Source: a candidate division FCPU426 bacterium (GTDB taxonomy: Bacteria; Oederibacteriota; Muellerivitia; Muellerivitales; Muellerivitaceae). Taken from it: a DNA stretch of 64,000 bases. Below, one piece after another: positions 1-10,300 of the stretch (within the stretch, counting starts at the first letter, position 1; the number at the start of each line of letters is the position of its first letter). The notes beneath the pieces are model-generated. The model ran no database searches. It worked only from the letters and a program-made list of their open reading frames with translations, and was not told the origin of the DNA. A program made the position numbers and the translations under genes. The DNA is taken from NCBI GenBank assembly GCA_963738405.1, contig CAVTWJ010000005.1, positions 32,001-96,000 on the forward strand, written 5' to 3'.

Positions 1-865
1 AGACCTGCCCCAAATCTTCTTTTAAGGAAGAGGATGGCTTCTGCGCCTTCGGGGTTGTGTGGACATGGCCCTCCTTCGGCGTGGGGTTAGGGGCTTCAAC
101 CTGACTTACTTCGGCCACGCTTGAAGCCACAGGGGTTTCAGGCACTTTTGCCCCCTCCTCAGCTTTTGCCGTCTTAGGGGACTTCACCCCCGGCTTGTAC
201 TGTTCCGGTTCACCCCCCTGTTGGATATGAACGACCAGGCCCTTCACCTGGGCTTCGGTAAATTGGGGGTCAAGGACAAACGGTAGGGCCTTTTCGACCT
301 TTTCTTGGTCGTTAAGGGCGGCTAATGCAAGTATTGGACGTTCGGAAATAGCCCCATCGTCACCTAAAAGTATGCGCTGCGCATAGATTTTCTCCCGTGA
401 GTGGGTGTTTAGAGCACCTGCGATCTTAAGGGATCGGCTGACCGTAGACTGGTCAACCCCCAATTTCTTGGCAATTTGGGGTTGATAGGTTTTAGAGGCC
501 CGGTTGTACAACTTTTGGATGATGATGGCTCTATCCAACCAGAACAAACCCTCCGATTCGTTATCAATAAAACCCTCAAAGTCATCATCTTCCGGCTTGG
601 TATCCAATACCTCACAGCGCAGGGTTTCCAGCCCGGCTCTCTTGGCCGCCTCCAGGCGCCGGTGTCCCCCCAGCATGAGGTATTCGTAACCAGGGTATCG
701 GGTAGCTTCTTCCGGGGCGAGCGGACGTACCTTGGCGGTGGTTTTTTGGCCCTCCTCCTTCATGGAATCAGACAGGGCCTGGATAGTTGCTTCAACCATG
801 ACTTTTCGAGGCTGGTCAGGATTGGGCAGGATCTTATTAAGCGGGATTTGCATCAGTAGGGACAT
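1..865 (-). CDS. ParB/Spo0J-like protein (ParB N-terminal domain + HTH + low-complexity tail), 3' end outside window
   Basis: Not in the ORF track because it has no stop in the window. Manual translation from ATG at 865 (GGAGG upstream): MSLLMQIPLNKILPNPDQPRK...GGHRRLEAAKRAG...IAKKLGVDQSTVSRSL, i.e. PNPxQPR, GxRRxxA and HTH motifs. Confidence 0.85.
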   Translation of the reverse strand, partial: MSLLMQIPLNKILPNPDQPRKVMVEATIQALSDSMKEEGQKTTAKVRPLAPEEATRYPGYEYLMLGGHRRLEAAKRAGLETLRCEVLDTKPEDDDFEGFIDNESEGLFWLDRAIIIQKLYNRASKTYQPQIAKKLGVDQSTVSRSLKIAGALNTHSREKIYAQRILLGDDGAISERPILALAALNDQEKVEKALPFVLDPQFTEAQVKGLVVHIQQGGEPEQYKPGVKSPKTAKAEEGAKVPETPVASSVAEVSQVEAPNPTPKEGHVHTTPKAQKPSSSLKEDLGQV

Positions 866-1043
866 AGGGACCTCCAAATAGTTTCTGTAATCACTGCATT
901 GGGGAAAAATAATTCAGAGCTTTTTGGGAGGCAATTGAAAAAGGAATCGGGAAGGATTTTTTTCAGCACAAGATTTGTCCTGAGACCCTTTTTCGGACAA
1001 AAATTAAACAAAAATGGGGTGAACTTTCGGCTACCAGCTTTTT

Positions 1044-1454
1044 TTATAACCTGAGCAGGTCCACCACTTTCCTCGGGGTCACTATCTCGACCCCCTCGTA
1101 CTGGCCCAATGGGATCAAATGGCCTTTATCCCCCGTCACCAGATAATGAGCCCTGCCGGCCACCGCGCATTCCAAGACCCGGTTGTCAGCCTCGCAAGCC
1201 GGGATGACCGAAAGCACCAGCTTGGATTCAATCAATTGGGTGTGTTGGATGACATATTTCAGCCGCGCTTCCACCAGGGATCCCGGCATTTCGAATTTTC
1301 GGTGAAGAACTTCTTCGATTTCCTTCAAAATAAACCGGGACATCAAAAAACGCAGGTCCTCACGGCCCCGGGCGCGCACCAGCTTGTCGCACAAGCCCCC
1401 GGGAGTGAGAAAGGCGGAAATCCAAACGTTGGTGTCGAGTACGAGGCGGAACAA
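1044..1454 (-). CDS. PIN-domain toxin (VapC-like)
   Basis: VLDTNVWISA...EIEEVL...DNRVLECAVAG...LVTGDK carries the PIN acidic residues; starts 1 nt after the antitoxin stop. Confidence 0.9.
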   Translation of the reverse strand: MFRLVLDTNVWISAFLTPGGLCDKLVRARGREDLRFLMSRFILKEIEEVLHRKFEMPGSLVEARLKYVIQHTQLIESKLVLSVIPACEADNRVLECAVAGRAHYLVTGDKGHLIPLGQYEGVEIVTPRKVVDLLRL

Positions 1455-1455
1455 C

Positions 1456-1710
1456 CTAAGCCTTCGGGCGCTTAGGGTTTCTAATCTCCCGTATCAAGCC
1501 TTCCACATCCTGCTCGGTTCTCACGCCTTTGGCGGTGGCGTAGGGTGCGGCCTCTTCCTGCATGGCTTTCCAATGATGGTCGTCCACATACCGCAGAACC
1601 GCTTCCTTGATGAACTCACTGCGGGATTGATGCTTTTCCTTGGCGATTTTGCCCGCCTCTTTCAATATTTCAGCCGGGAGCGAAATGGAAGCCACCACTT
1701 TGTTAGCCAT
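1456..1710 (-). CDS. CopG/ribbon-helix-helix antitoxin
   Basis: VASISLPAEILKEA...SRSEFIKEAV RHH pattern, directly upstream of the PIN gene. Confidence 0.88.
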   Translation of the reverse strand: MANKVVASISLPAEILKEAGKIAKEKHQSRSEFIKEAVLRYVDDHHWKAMQEEAAPYATAKGVRTEQDVEGLIREIRNPKRPKA

Positions 1711-1727
1711 AAGTGCCCCTTATGATT

Positions 1728-1755
1728 TGTTATTAACTATTATTAATAATTAACA
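1728..1755 (-). promoter_or_regulatory. Probable TA promoter/operator (AT-rich inverted repeat)
   Basis: TTATTAA-ctatta-TTAATAA inverted repeat just upstream of the antitoxin SD, with a TTGCCA -35-like hexamer near 1775 on the minus strand. Confidence 0.45.
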
Positions 1756-1794
1756 TATTTTATTTATTTTGGCAAGCCGCGGATGTTCGCCCAC

Positions 1795-1836
1795 ATTACC
1801 AAATTCATTACCTAATTAATGAGGTATTACCTAATT
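1795..1836. repeat. Three 11-bp direct repeats ATTACCWAATT
   Basis: Copies at 1795-1805, 1807-1817 and 1826-1836. Confidence 0.75.
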
Positions 1837-2003
1837 GGACACCTTCCACGAGGCTTCAAGTGGCTTTGGGTTTTGATGTATTTTTATACTTATTGTGGGA
1901 AGTGCGGGACAACCGCATGAAAGCGTTTTGAGAAGCCAGTTCTTGTGCAAAAAACGCGAAAAGACGAGGGTAGTTTTTTGGGTCAGTTTGTTCTTTGGAA
2001 AAG

Positions 2004-2040
2004 AAAAGCCAGGGCCTTGGTGAGTCGTCCAGAATTCGAA
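2004..2040 (-). repeat. att-like copy of the tRNA-Lys 3' end
   Basis: 2004-2030 matches 3379-3405 at 26 of 27 nt, followed by a conserved TCGAA (T-loop). Confidence 0.85.
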
Positions 2041-2121
2041 GCGGGTCTACTGGCTGGTTTATCAAATTACTTTTAATGCTGTTATTAGTAATCCTGATTA
2101 ATAAATTACATACTTCAATTT

Positions 2122-2601
2122 TTACTTTGTTTTATTAACCCGCAAATGCAATTCGTGATCTTTAAATATTGATTCATCAAAATTATTAAGCAAATGACTT
2201 TTCTTTATTCTTTTCCTCAATCTAACTAATTCAAGTAATTCATCGTTCAAGCCTTCTTTAGTTAGATTTATTACATCCCGTTGAGCCAAAAGGTTAAAGT
2301 TTTGTATTATCAGATAATCAATTCCAACAGTTTTAAATAGAACCATATAATTTAATATGTGCCAGTAAGAATGATCTAAAGCAAAATATCTATCACGAAT
2401 GGCGCTACCAAGTTTTATTCTCTTATCCAAATAATCAAGATATTTTGGTAATTGGTTTTTCATTCTTGGATAAATAAATCCAATAAATATCAGACAGCAA
2501 CAAGTCACTAACCAATAAATCCAATCCTGATAATGTTCTAGCAATAGGGTTACAGAAGCCCCAAAAACAGCTAATGAAATTGATAACAAGATATCTGTCA
2601 T
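2122..2601 (-). CDS. Hypothetical membrane protein (two N-terminal TM segments)
   Basis: 159-aa AT-rich ORF with a hydrophobic N-terminus; no recognised motif. Confidence 0.6.
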   Translation of the reverse strand: MTDILLSISLAVFGASVTLLLEHYQDWIYWLVTCCCLIFIGFIYPRMKNQLPKYLDYLDKRIKLGSAIRDRYFALDHSYWHILNYMVLFKTVGIDYLIIQNFNLLAQRDVINLTKEGLNDELLELVRLRKRIKKSHLLNNFDESIFKDHELHLRVNKTK

Positions 2602-3142
2602 AAAAGGGTAATTCCTTAATGATTAGACTGGAATATATTCTACGCTTTTACCCACTGTTTAAAATAAAGCTAACTGGTTATTTGAACTCTAATAACATAA
2701 CAGGCTTTTTCCCATTAAGTAGATATGGGCCGCCCACCACTTGACCCCGCCAGCAATTCAGAGGGATAATTCAAAGGTCGGTGCTTTGCCTTAGCACTCT
2801 TTTTATTTGAGAAATACTTTTAATTTGAGTGCGGGCATCTCAACACACCGGCAAAACAAGCAAGAGTAAACAAGTTTTACCAGCTTCAACGATGTTACAA
2901 GCCTCTGGAACGTTGGAAGTAAGTTTTATTGACACGGCGAAGAAAAAAGCAGGGGATTTACCAGTAATTAAATCTTGATACAAGGTAAAATCCCGTTCAG
3001 TTTCCTGCTTCTGAACACTAAGGGTTTTATCTTGAGTGACTCAAAGCGGAAACGCTTTAAAACTAACACCAATACCAGGACTGTTTGGCGTCATTTCCAA
3101 GCGTGGCCTTCCCCCAGGGTATTCAAAACCAAGGGTGAGACT

Positions 3143-3310
3143 ATGCCGAAACCTAAAAAGCCCTCTTTCTTCCCTGAAAACACCTCAATCATTGAACGAA
3201 TAGAAAAGGTTGGTTCTGTTTTATTAAAATGGGTTTCAGTTTTTACCGTCTTGAATGTCCATAACTGGCTTCCGGCTGTCCTGATATTCATAAACAATCA
3301 TTTCCATTAA
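3143..3310 (+). CDS. Small hypothetical protein (55 aa) with hydrophobic C-terminal half
   Basis: ATG at 3143 preceded by AAGGGTGAG; sequence MPKPKKPSFF...AVLIFINNHFH. Confidence 0.4.
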   Translation: MPKPKKPSFFPENTSIIERIEKVGSVLLKWVSVFTVLNVHNWLPAVLIFINNHFH

Positions 3311-3395
3311 TTCGAGGTTTTTTGATGTTGTTCGTGGGCGGGGTCATGCCTGAAAAAAGAAAATTCCAAAACCCATTAAAAAGCCAGGGCCTCGG

Positions 3396-3468
3396 TGAGT
3401 CGTCCGGGGATCGAACCCGGGACACCCACATTAAAAGTGTGGTGCTCTACCAGCTGAGCTAACGACTC
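3396..3468 (-). tRNA. tRNA-Lys(TTT)
   Basis: Cloverleaf GAGTCGT..ACGACTCA, anticodon arm CCACA-CTTTTAA-TGTGG, T-loop TTCGATC; followed by CCG rather than CCA. Confidence 0.97.
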
Positions 3469-3526
3469 ACGGAGGCCCCGGAAATAATCAAATTACGGGG
3501 GGGACGTACTATATCAAAAACTACCA

Positions 3527-4960
<1,434 letters not shown>

Positions 4961-5103
4961 TCAATTTAAACCTTCTAACAAACTACAGCTTTATCACGGC
5001 GATGCTTCGCACCGCACAGAGGCGCGGTTTTAAACCCTTGAATTTAATGTTTTCCGAACTGAACTGTTGGCGTACCAAACACCTAAACAAAAAAGTAACC
5101 CCA

Positions 5104-5181
5104 TTTAGCCACAGATGCATTGGATGCATTGGATAAAGGCTTAAAGGCCCATCCCATTTATCCCATGAATCTGTGGCTAAA
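5104..5181. repeat. Palindromic element with 9-nt periodic arms
   Basis: TTTAGCCACAGAT-GCATTGGAT-GCATTGGAT ... ATCCCATTT-ATCCCATGA-ATCTGTGGCTAAA. Confidence 0.8.
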
Positions 5182-5231
5182 AAAATGTTAGGGGTTTTTG
5201 ATTTTTTAGTACGTCAAAGACACTATTCCAA

Positions 5232-5906
5232 TTAGTGGGTCGCCCTTTTTTTGTGCCTGGCGGTCCAAAGCGAGTAAAGCGACAAGGCGACACTGAGAAG
5301 ACACAAAAGGATGAGCCAAAGAAGGTTTCCCCAACGCTCGCTGCCCATCTTCAAAAACTGCTGGTAAAGTTCGGCCTGCGAGTTTTTCAATTCCTGGAAC
5401 TGGCCCGAACTGTTCATGCTGACCATGTCGTGGATCACTTCCAGCTGTCCCGCCAATTGGTTGGCCCGAATGGTCTGAACCCTCCGGTTATTGTCCTCTT
5501 GCGCCTTGACGGTATCGATCTCGCTTTGAAGATGGGACAAATCGGGCGAAGGAAGGGACGAATCCTGGGCAACCGCCGGGGGCGGTTCGGCGGCGGTATG
5601 CTTTCCCGCGAGCCAAATCACCGTTTTGCCTTCGTTATCTTTTTCAGCGGACAAGAGGGCCAATAGGTTTTTCGATTTCTCGTAGCTCGAATCTTTTTCA
5701 AGGGACTGGGCCGTATAGACAATGGCCTTGTCGTAATCTCCATCGAGATAACTGGAGAGGGCCTGGCGGTAGTAGGTTTCAGCATCGTCGGCCGCCGTGG
5801 GGGTAAGGACTACGGTGGGGCTGGGCAACGGCAGCATTTGGGCCTGTGCCCCGCCCAAAATCGCCGGAATCAGCGCTAAAACAAAAAGCCAAGTTCTCAA
5901 ATTCAT
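5232..5906 (-). CDS. Exported TPR/coiled-coil protein with C-terminal TM anchor
   Basis: Signal peptide (AQA), one TPR (AETYYRQALSSYLDGDYDKA), coiled coil, TM helix and basic tail; ATGA overlap with the upstream gene. Confidence 0.7.
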   Translation of the reverse strand: MNLRTWLFVLALIPAILGGAQAQMLPLPSPTVVLTPTAADDAETYYRQALSSYLDGDYDKAIVYTAQSLEKDSSYEKSKNLLALLSAEKDNEGKTVIWLAGKHTAAEPPPAVAQDSSLPSPDLSHLQSEIDTVKAQEDNNRRVQTIRANQLAGQLEVIHDMVSMNSSGQFQELKNSQAELYQQFLKMGSERWGNLLWLILLCLLSVALSLYSLWTARHKKRATH

Positions 5907-7315
5907 TTGCTGTCCCCTTCTGGAACCAATCCTTCGTGATGGCTGGTTTCCAGCTTTCTCAACAGGTCTTTAATTTCGTAATTATTCGGATCGACTTCCT
6001 CCGCCTTTCGGGCGGAAAAGAGGGCGGCCGGCAGGTCGTTGGCCTCAAAGGACTGGGTACCGGCGTCATAAAAATGCTTGGCATCATCCGACATGGGCCG
6101 GGGAGAGGTGATCCAATCGTCGCAGCGGTCTTTTTCTTCGGTCCCCACCACCGAGCGGATATAGATGTGGTACCGGACGCCGTTTTGGGCGCCCCGCAAA
6201 AGGCAATAATCGCTGGTCAACACCTGTTGCTTGGCCCTGCGGTAATCCAGATCGGAGTCGGTTTTTAAATAAACGTAATAACCATCCGCGCGGCTTCCTT
6301 CGGGAATTTCCCACTTCAGATATATTTTTTCGTCCCCGACGTAGGATTCGACAATGTGGGGTTTGGGGGCGGGCGGACCCGAGCTTTCGAAATCCCAGGC
6401 CACCGACAGGCGGTGGCTGTTGCCCAGGTTGTCCGAATGGGTCATGAAGGCGTATTCGACGGTCCATTGCTGGTTGCGGTAGCTGGCCCCCAGGCTGAAA
6501 TCCCCCGGAAGGGTCAAGAAGCTGGTATAGCCGCCCCGCAAACCCAGCTTGCCATCCAAGAACCAATGTTCCAAACCTGAGCGAATGCGGAGGTTTTGGT
6601 CGTTCAACAAAACGTCGTTGCTTAATGTCCAGGGCACATCAACCGCCAGAAGGGTTTGAGGGTCAAAATAAAAAGCCACACCTGGGGTCAAAACCGAGGG
6701 AACGGACTGTTCAATGCCGGTTTGGTCAAAACGAATCGAGGTGGTGAGATCCGTCAGGGCCAGCCCCGCGTTCAACTGCATGTTGTTTTCCAGCGGTTGT
6801 TTAAAAAGAAGTCCCAAATCAACCCCAACCCCTTCCACCGTTCCCGCCCCCGCCGAACCGGTGTCGGCATAAAGGTAGCGGACGTTGAGGCCGCCGAACC
6901 AGCGGTGGTCTTTTACCATATCCAGGGGGATCGCCGCCGAGGCGGTGTATTGGTCCTCGTGGGAACCAGGGATATCGGTGTAGAAAATATTGTTCGTGCT
7001 GATGCCGAAGTGAATGTCGTTTTTGAGTACGCCTTCAAACGAAAAATAGAGGTTGCGGTCCTTGTCGTTGAAATAGGAACCGTACATTCCGTAAATTTCA
7101 GGCCCCGGCAATTGGGCCAACCCCGCCGGGTTCCAATAGGCCGCGCTGGGATCGTCGGCGATCGCCACGAAGGCCCCCGCTAAACCCATGGCCCGGGTGC
7201 CCACGCCCAATTCCCCGCCCCGGTCAAAGAGCGCCCAGCTGGGGGAACCCAGAAGGAACAAAACGGCGGTCAAGAAAAACGGGGTCGAAGCCCCACTCAA
7301 TGACTTTCGGATCAT
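5903..7315 (-). CDS. PorV/PorQ (UPF0164/FadL-like) beta-barrel + FN3 + TPR
   Basis: GVGTRAMGLAGAFVAIADDPSAAYWNPAGLA signature and a LGNSHRLSV barrel end, then an FN3-like segment (LKWE..GYYVY..NGVRYHIYIRSV) and a TPR. Start reassigned to ATG 7315. Confidence 0.85.
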   Translation of the reverse strand: MIRKSLSGASTPFFLTAVLFLLGSPSWALFDRGGELGVGTRAMGLAGAFVAIADDPSAAYWNPAGLAQLPGPEIYGMYGSYFNDKDRNLYFSFEGVLKNDIHFGISTNNIFYTDIPGSHEDQYTASAAIPLDMVKDHRWFGGLNVRYLYADTGSAGAGTVEGVGVDLGLLFKQPLENNMQLNAGLALTDLTTSIRFDQTGIEQSVPSVLTPGVAFYFDPQTLLAVDVPWTLSNDVLLNDQNLRIRSGLEHWFLDGKLGLRGGYTSFLTLPGDFSLGASYRNQQWTVEYAFMTHSDNLGNSHRLSVAWDFESSGPPAPKPHIVESYVGDEKIYLKWEIPEGSRADGYYVYLKTDSDLDYRRAKQQVLTSDYCLLRGAQNGVRYHIYIRSVVGTEEKDRCDDWITSPRPMSDDAKHFYDAGTQSFEANDLPAALFSARKAEEVDPNNYEIKDLLRKLETSHHEGLVPEGDSK

Positions 7316-7343
7316 ACGGAATTTCAATTCCGACCTTTCGCTC

Positions 7344-10300
7344 TTAATGAATGAATGTAATTTTGACAGCCTTGCGAACCGGATTGCCCGATGAAGGTTC
7401 AGTTCCATCGAACACCGCAAGGTAAACACCCGTACCCACACCCTGGCCCAGCTGATTTTGCAGATTCCAAACGGTGGAACCATTGTTCAAACTCAGGGTC
7501 TGCAAAAGCTCTCCAGCGATGTCATATATTTTGATTCTACTTTGCGAGTCGGGTGGAGTTCCAGAGAAAGAAGCAAGAATCGTGATCGTATCGCCGGGCC
7601 GGGCGATGTTCGGCCAGGCGGCCAATTGAAGCCCGTTGGTTCCCGATTCGTCCGCGATAAAGGCGTCCCGGGCCATGACGACCGTGTTCTTTTCGGGCGT
7701 CGTTTCGATGATGGTGAAGTGATAGAAACCGTTGGGCACCAGTTGGCCTTTCAAATCAAGCCCGTTCCATACCGCGATGGGTTGGTTGTTCAGGAAAATG
7801 GTAATGGCCCCGCCCAAGCCGGAGGCGCTGGGCACAAAGGTGGAAAGAGAGGCCGAATAGGTGCTTCCGGCCGGGAAGATGGTATTGCCGCAGAAGTTGG
7901 CGATCAGTTCCCCGCGGCCATCGAACACGTTCACCACTTGCAGGCCGCAAGGGCCGGTTACAACCCCGCCCGGGGTAGACGTAATGGTGGGAGTGGAAGT
8001 GATGGTGGGGGTAAATGAAGGCGTGGGCGTATTAGTGATCGTCGGGGTCGCGGAGGGGGTGAAGGTCGGGGTGGCGGTGAGGGTTGAGGTGACAGTGGGG
8101 GTGCTGGTGACCGTCGGAACCGGGGTATAGGTGGAGGTGACGGTGAAGGTGGAAGTTTCAGTTGGCGTGGAGGTGACGGTGGGTGTGGCCGTAAAGGAAG
8201 CCGTCAGGGTCGCGGTGGAAGTCGCCGTCGGGGTAAAGGTGGCCGTGGCGGTGGGTGTATCCGTGGGTGTCGCGGTGGGGGTGTCAGTGGCCGTAGAGGT
8301 GGGCGTATCGGTCTCCGTTTCAGTCAAAGTGGCCGTTGAACTGGAAGTCGGGGTGGCGGTCTGAGTATCGGTGGGTGTCGCGGTTTGTGTTTCAGTCGGC
8401 GTAGAGGTGGGTGTATCCGTGGGAGTTGAGGTCATCGTGAAAGTAGCCGTAGCGGTGGGGGTTTCGGTGGCGGTACTGGTAATGGTGGGCGTAAAGATGA
8501 AAGTTTGAGTATGGGTCGCCGTAACCGTTGGCGTAGAGGTTTGGGTAAAGGTGGCCGTGGCGGTTGGCGTTTCCGTGGTTGTGGCGGTGGTGGTGTAGGT
8601 GGCGGTAGCGGTCGGCGTATCGGTGGGGGTTGCCGTCAAAGTGGCGGTGGAGGTGGCGGTCGAAGTCGCCGTCTGAGTAAAGGTCGGTGTGGCGGTTTGC
8701 GTGGCAGTTTGAGTGTCCGTTGGCGTAGCCGTTTCTGTATCGGTAGGCGTTTGCGTTTGGGTAAAGGTCGGCGTGGCGGTAGGCGTTTCCGTAGTTGTTG
8801 CGGTGGTGGTTTCAGTGGCGGTAGCGGTAGGCGTATGGGTAGTTGTGGCGGTCAAGGTGGCGGTAGAGGTAGCGGTCGGAGTCGCCGTCTGTGTAAAGGT
8901 CGGGGTGGCGGTTTGTGTGGCAGTTTGAGTATCCGTTGCCGTGGCCGTTTCCGTATAGGTGGGAGTCGACGTTTGCGTAAAGGTTGGAGTTGCGGTTTGG
9001 GTATAGGTGGCCGTGGCCGTAGTCGTATCCGTAGGAGTGGCCGTGGTGGTATAGGTCGCCGTGGCGGTAGGCGTATCGGTGGGTGTAGCGGTCAAAGTGG
9101 CCGTAGAGGTGGCGGTCGGAGTCGAAGTCTGGGTAAAGGTGGGCGTCGATGTAGGCGTTTGCGTGGGTGTCGCGGTGGTGGTGTAGGTGGCCGTGGAGGT
9201 GGGGGTGTCGGTCGGGGTGGCGGTCTGCGTGGAAGTGGGCGTGGCTGTTTGAGTGAAGGTTGGGGTGGCGGTTTGAGTATCCGTCGGCGTCGGGGTCTGG
9301 GTAAAAGTTGGGGTAGCCGTCTGTGTATTTGTAGTGGTAGAAGTTTGCGTACTCGTGGGTGTTGATGTCGTGGTGAAAGTTGCCGTAGCAGTCGGTGTGT
9401 TCGTGGGGGTACTGGTCATTGTCGCCGTATCCACAAAAGTTTGGGTATGGGTCTGGGTGACGGTGGGAGTGGCTGTCTGCGTAAAGGTTTGGGTAGCAGT
9501 TTGAGTGAAAGTGGGTGTAGCCGTCTGAGTGAAGGTGGGTGTAGTTGTCGGCGTAAATGTGGGGGTTGCGGTCTGTGTAAAGGTCGGGGTGGCGGTCTGC
9601 GTTGCAGTTTGAGTATTGGTAGACGTAGCGGTTTGTGTGAATGTCGGAGTGGCTGTTTGCGTGGCAGTCGAAGTGTTAGTGGGAGTAGCTGTCTGGGTAA
9701 AGGTAGGCGTAGCAGTTTGGGTGGAGGTTGGGGTAGCGGTTTGCGTAAAGGTTGGAGTAGCCGTCTGAGTCGCGGTCAGCGTGCTAGTAGGCGTAGCCGT
9801 TTGAGTGAAGGTAGGCGTTGCAGTCTGTGTGAATGTTGGCGTGGCTGTCTGAGTTGCAGTCTGTGTGTTCGTGGACGTAGCAGTTTGGGTGGAGGTTGAG
9901 GTAGCGGTTTGTGTGAATGTCGGAGTGGCTGTTTGCGTGGCAGTTGAAGTGTTAGTGGGAGTAGCTGTCTGGGTAAAGGTAGGCGTAGCAGTTTGGGTGG
10001 AGGTTGGGGTAGCAGTTTGTGTGAATGTCGGAGTGGCTGTCTGGGTAAAGGTGGGTGTAGCTGTTTGAGTGAATGTTGGGGTGGCTGTCTGAGTTGCAGT
10101 CTGCGTGTTCGTGGACGTAGCAGTTTGGGTGGAGGTTGGGGTAGCGGTTTGTGTGAATGTCGGAGTGGCTGTTTGCGTGGCAGTTGAAGTGTTAGTCGGA
10201 GTGGCTGTCTGTGTAAAGGTCGGAGTAGCTGTCTGAGTAAAGGTAGGCGTAGCAGTTTGGGTGGAGGTGGGGGTAGCCGTCTGTGTGGCAGTCGATGTAA

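Larger units (their letters stand above)
2004..3405. mobile_element. Small AT-rich islet between tRNA-Lys and its duplicated 3' end; no integrase inside
   Basis: Bounded by the att-like direct repeats, visibly more AT-rich than the flanks, and carrying orphan ORFs. Confidence 0.65.

Noticed and set aside
409..859. Track ORFs at 409-859
   Set aside because: Alternative frames over the ParB-like gene.
1856..2065. 69-aa ORF across the att-like repeat
   Set aside because: No motif and it spans the tRNA fragment; probably spurious.
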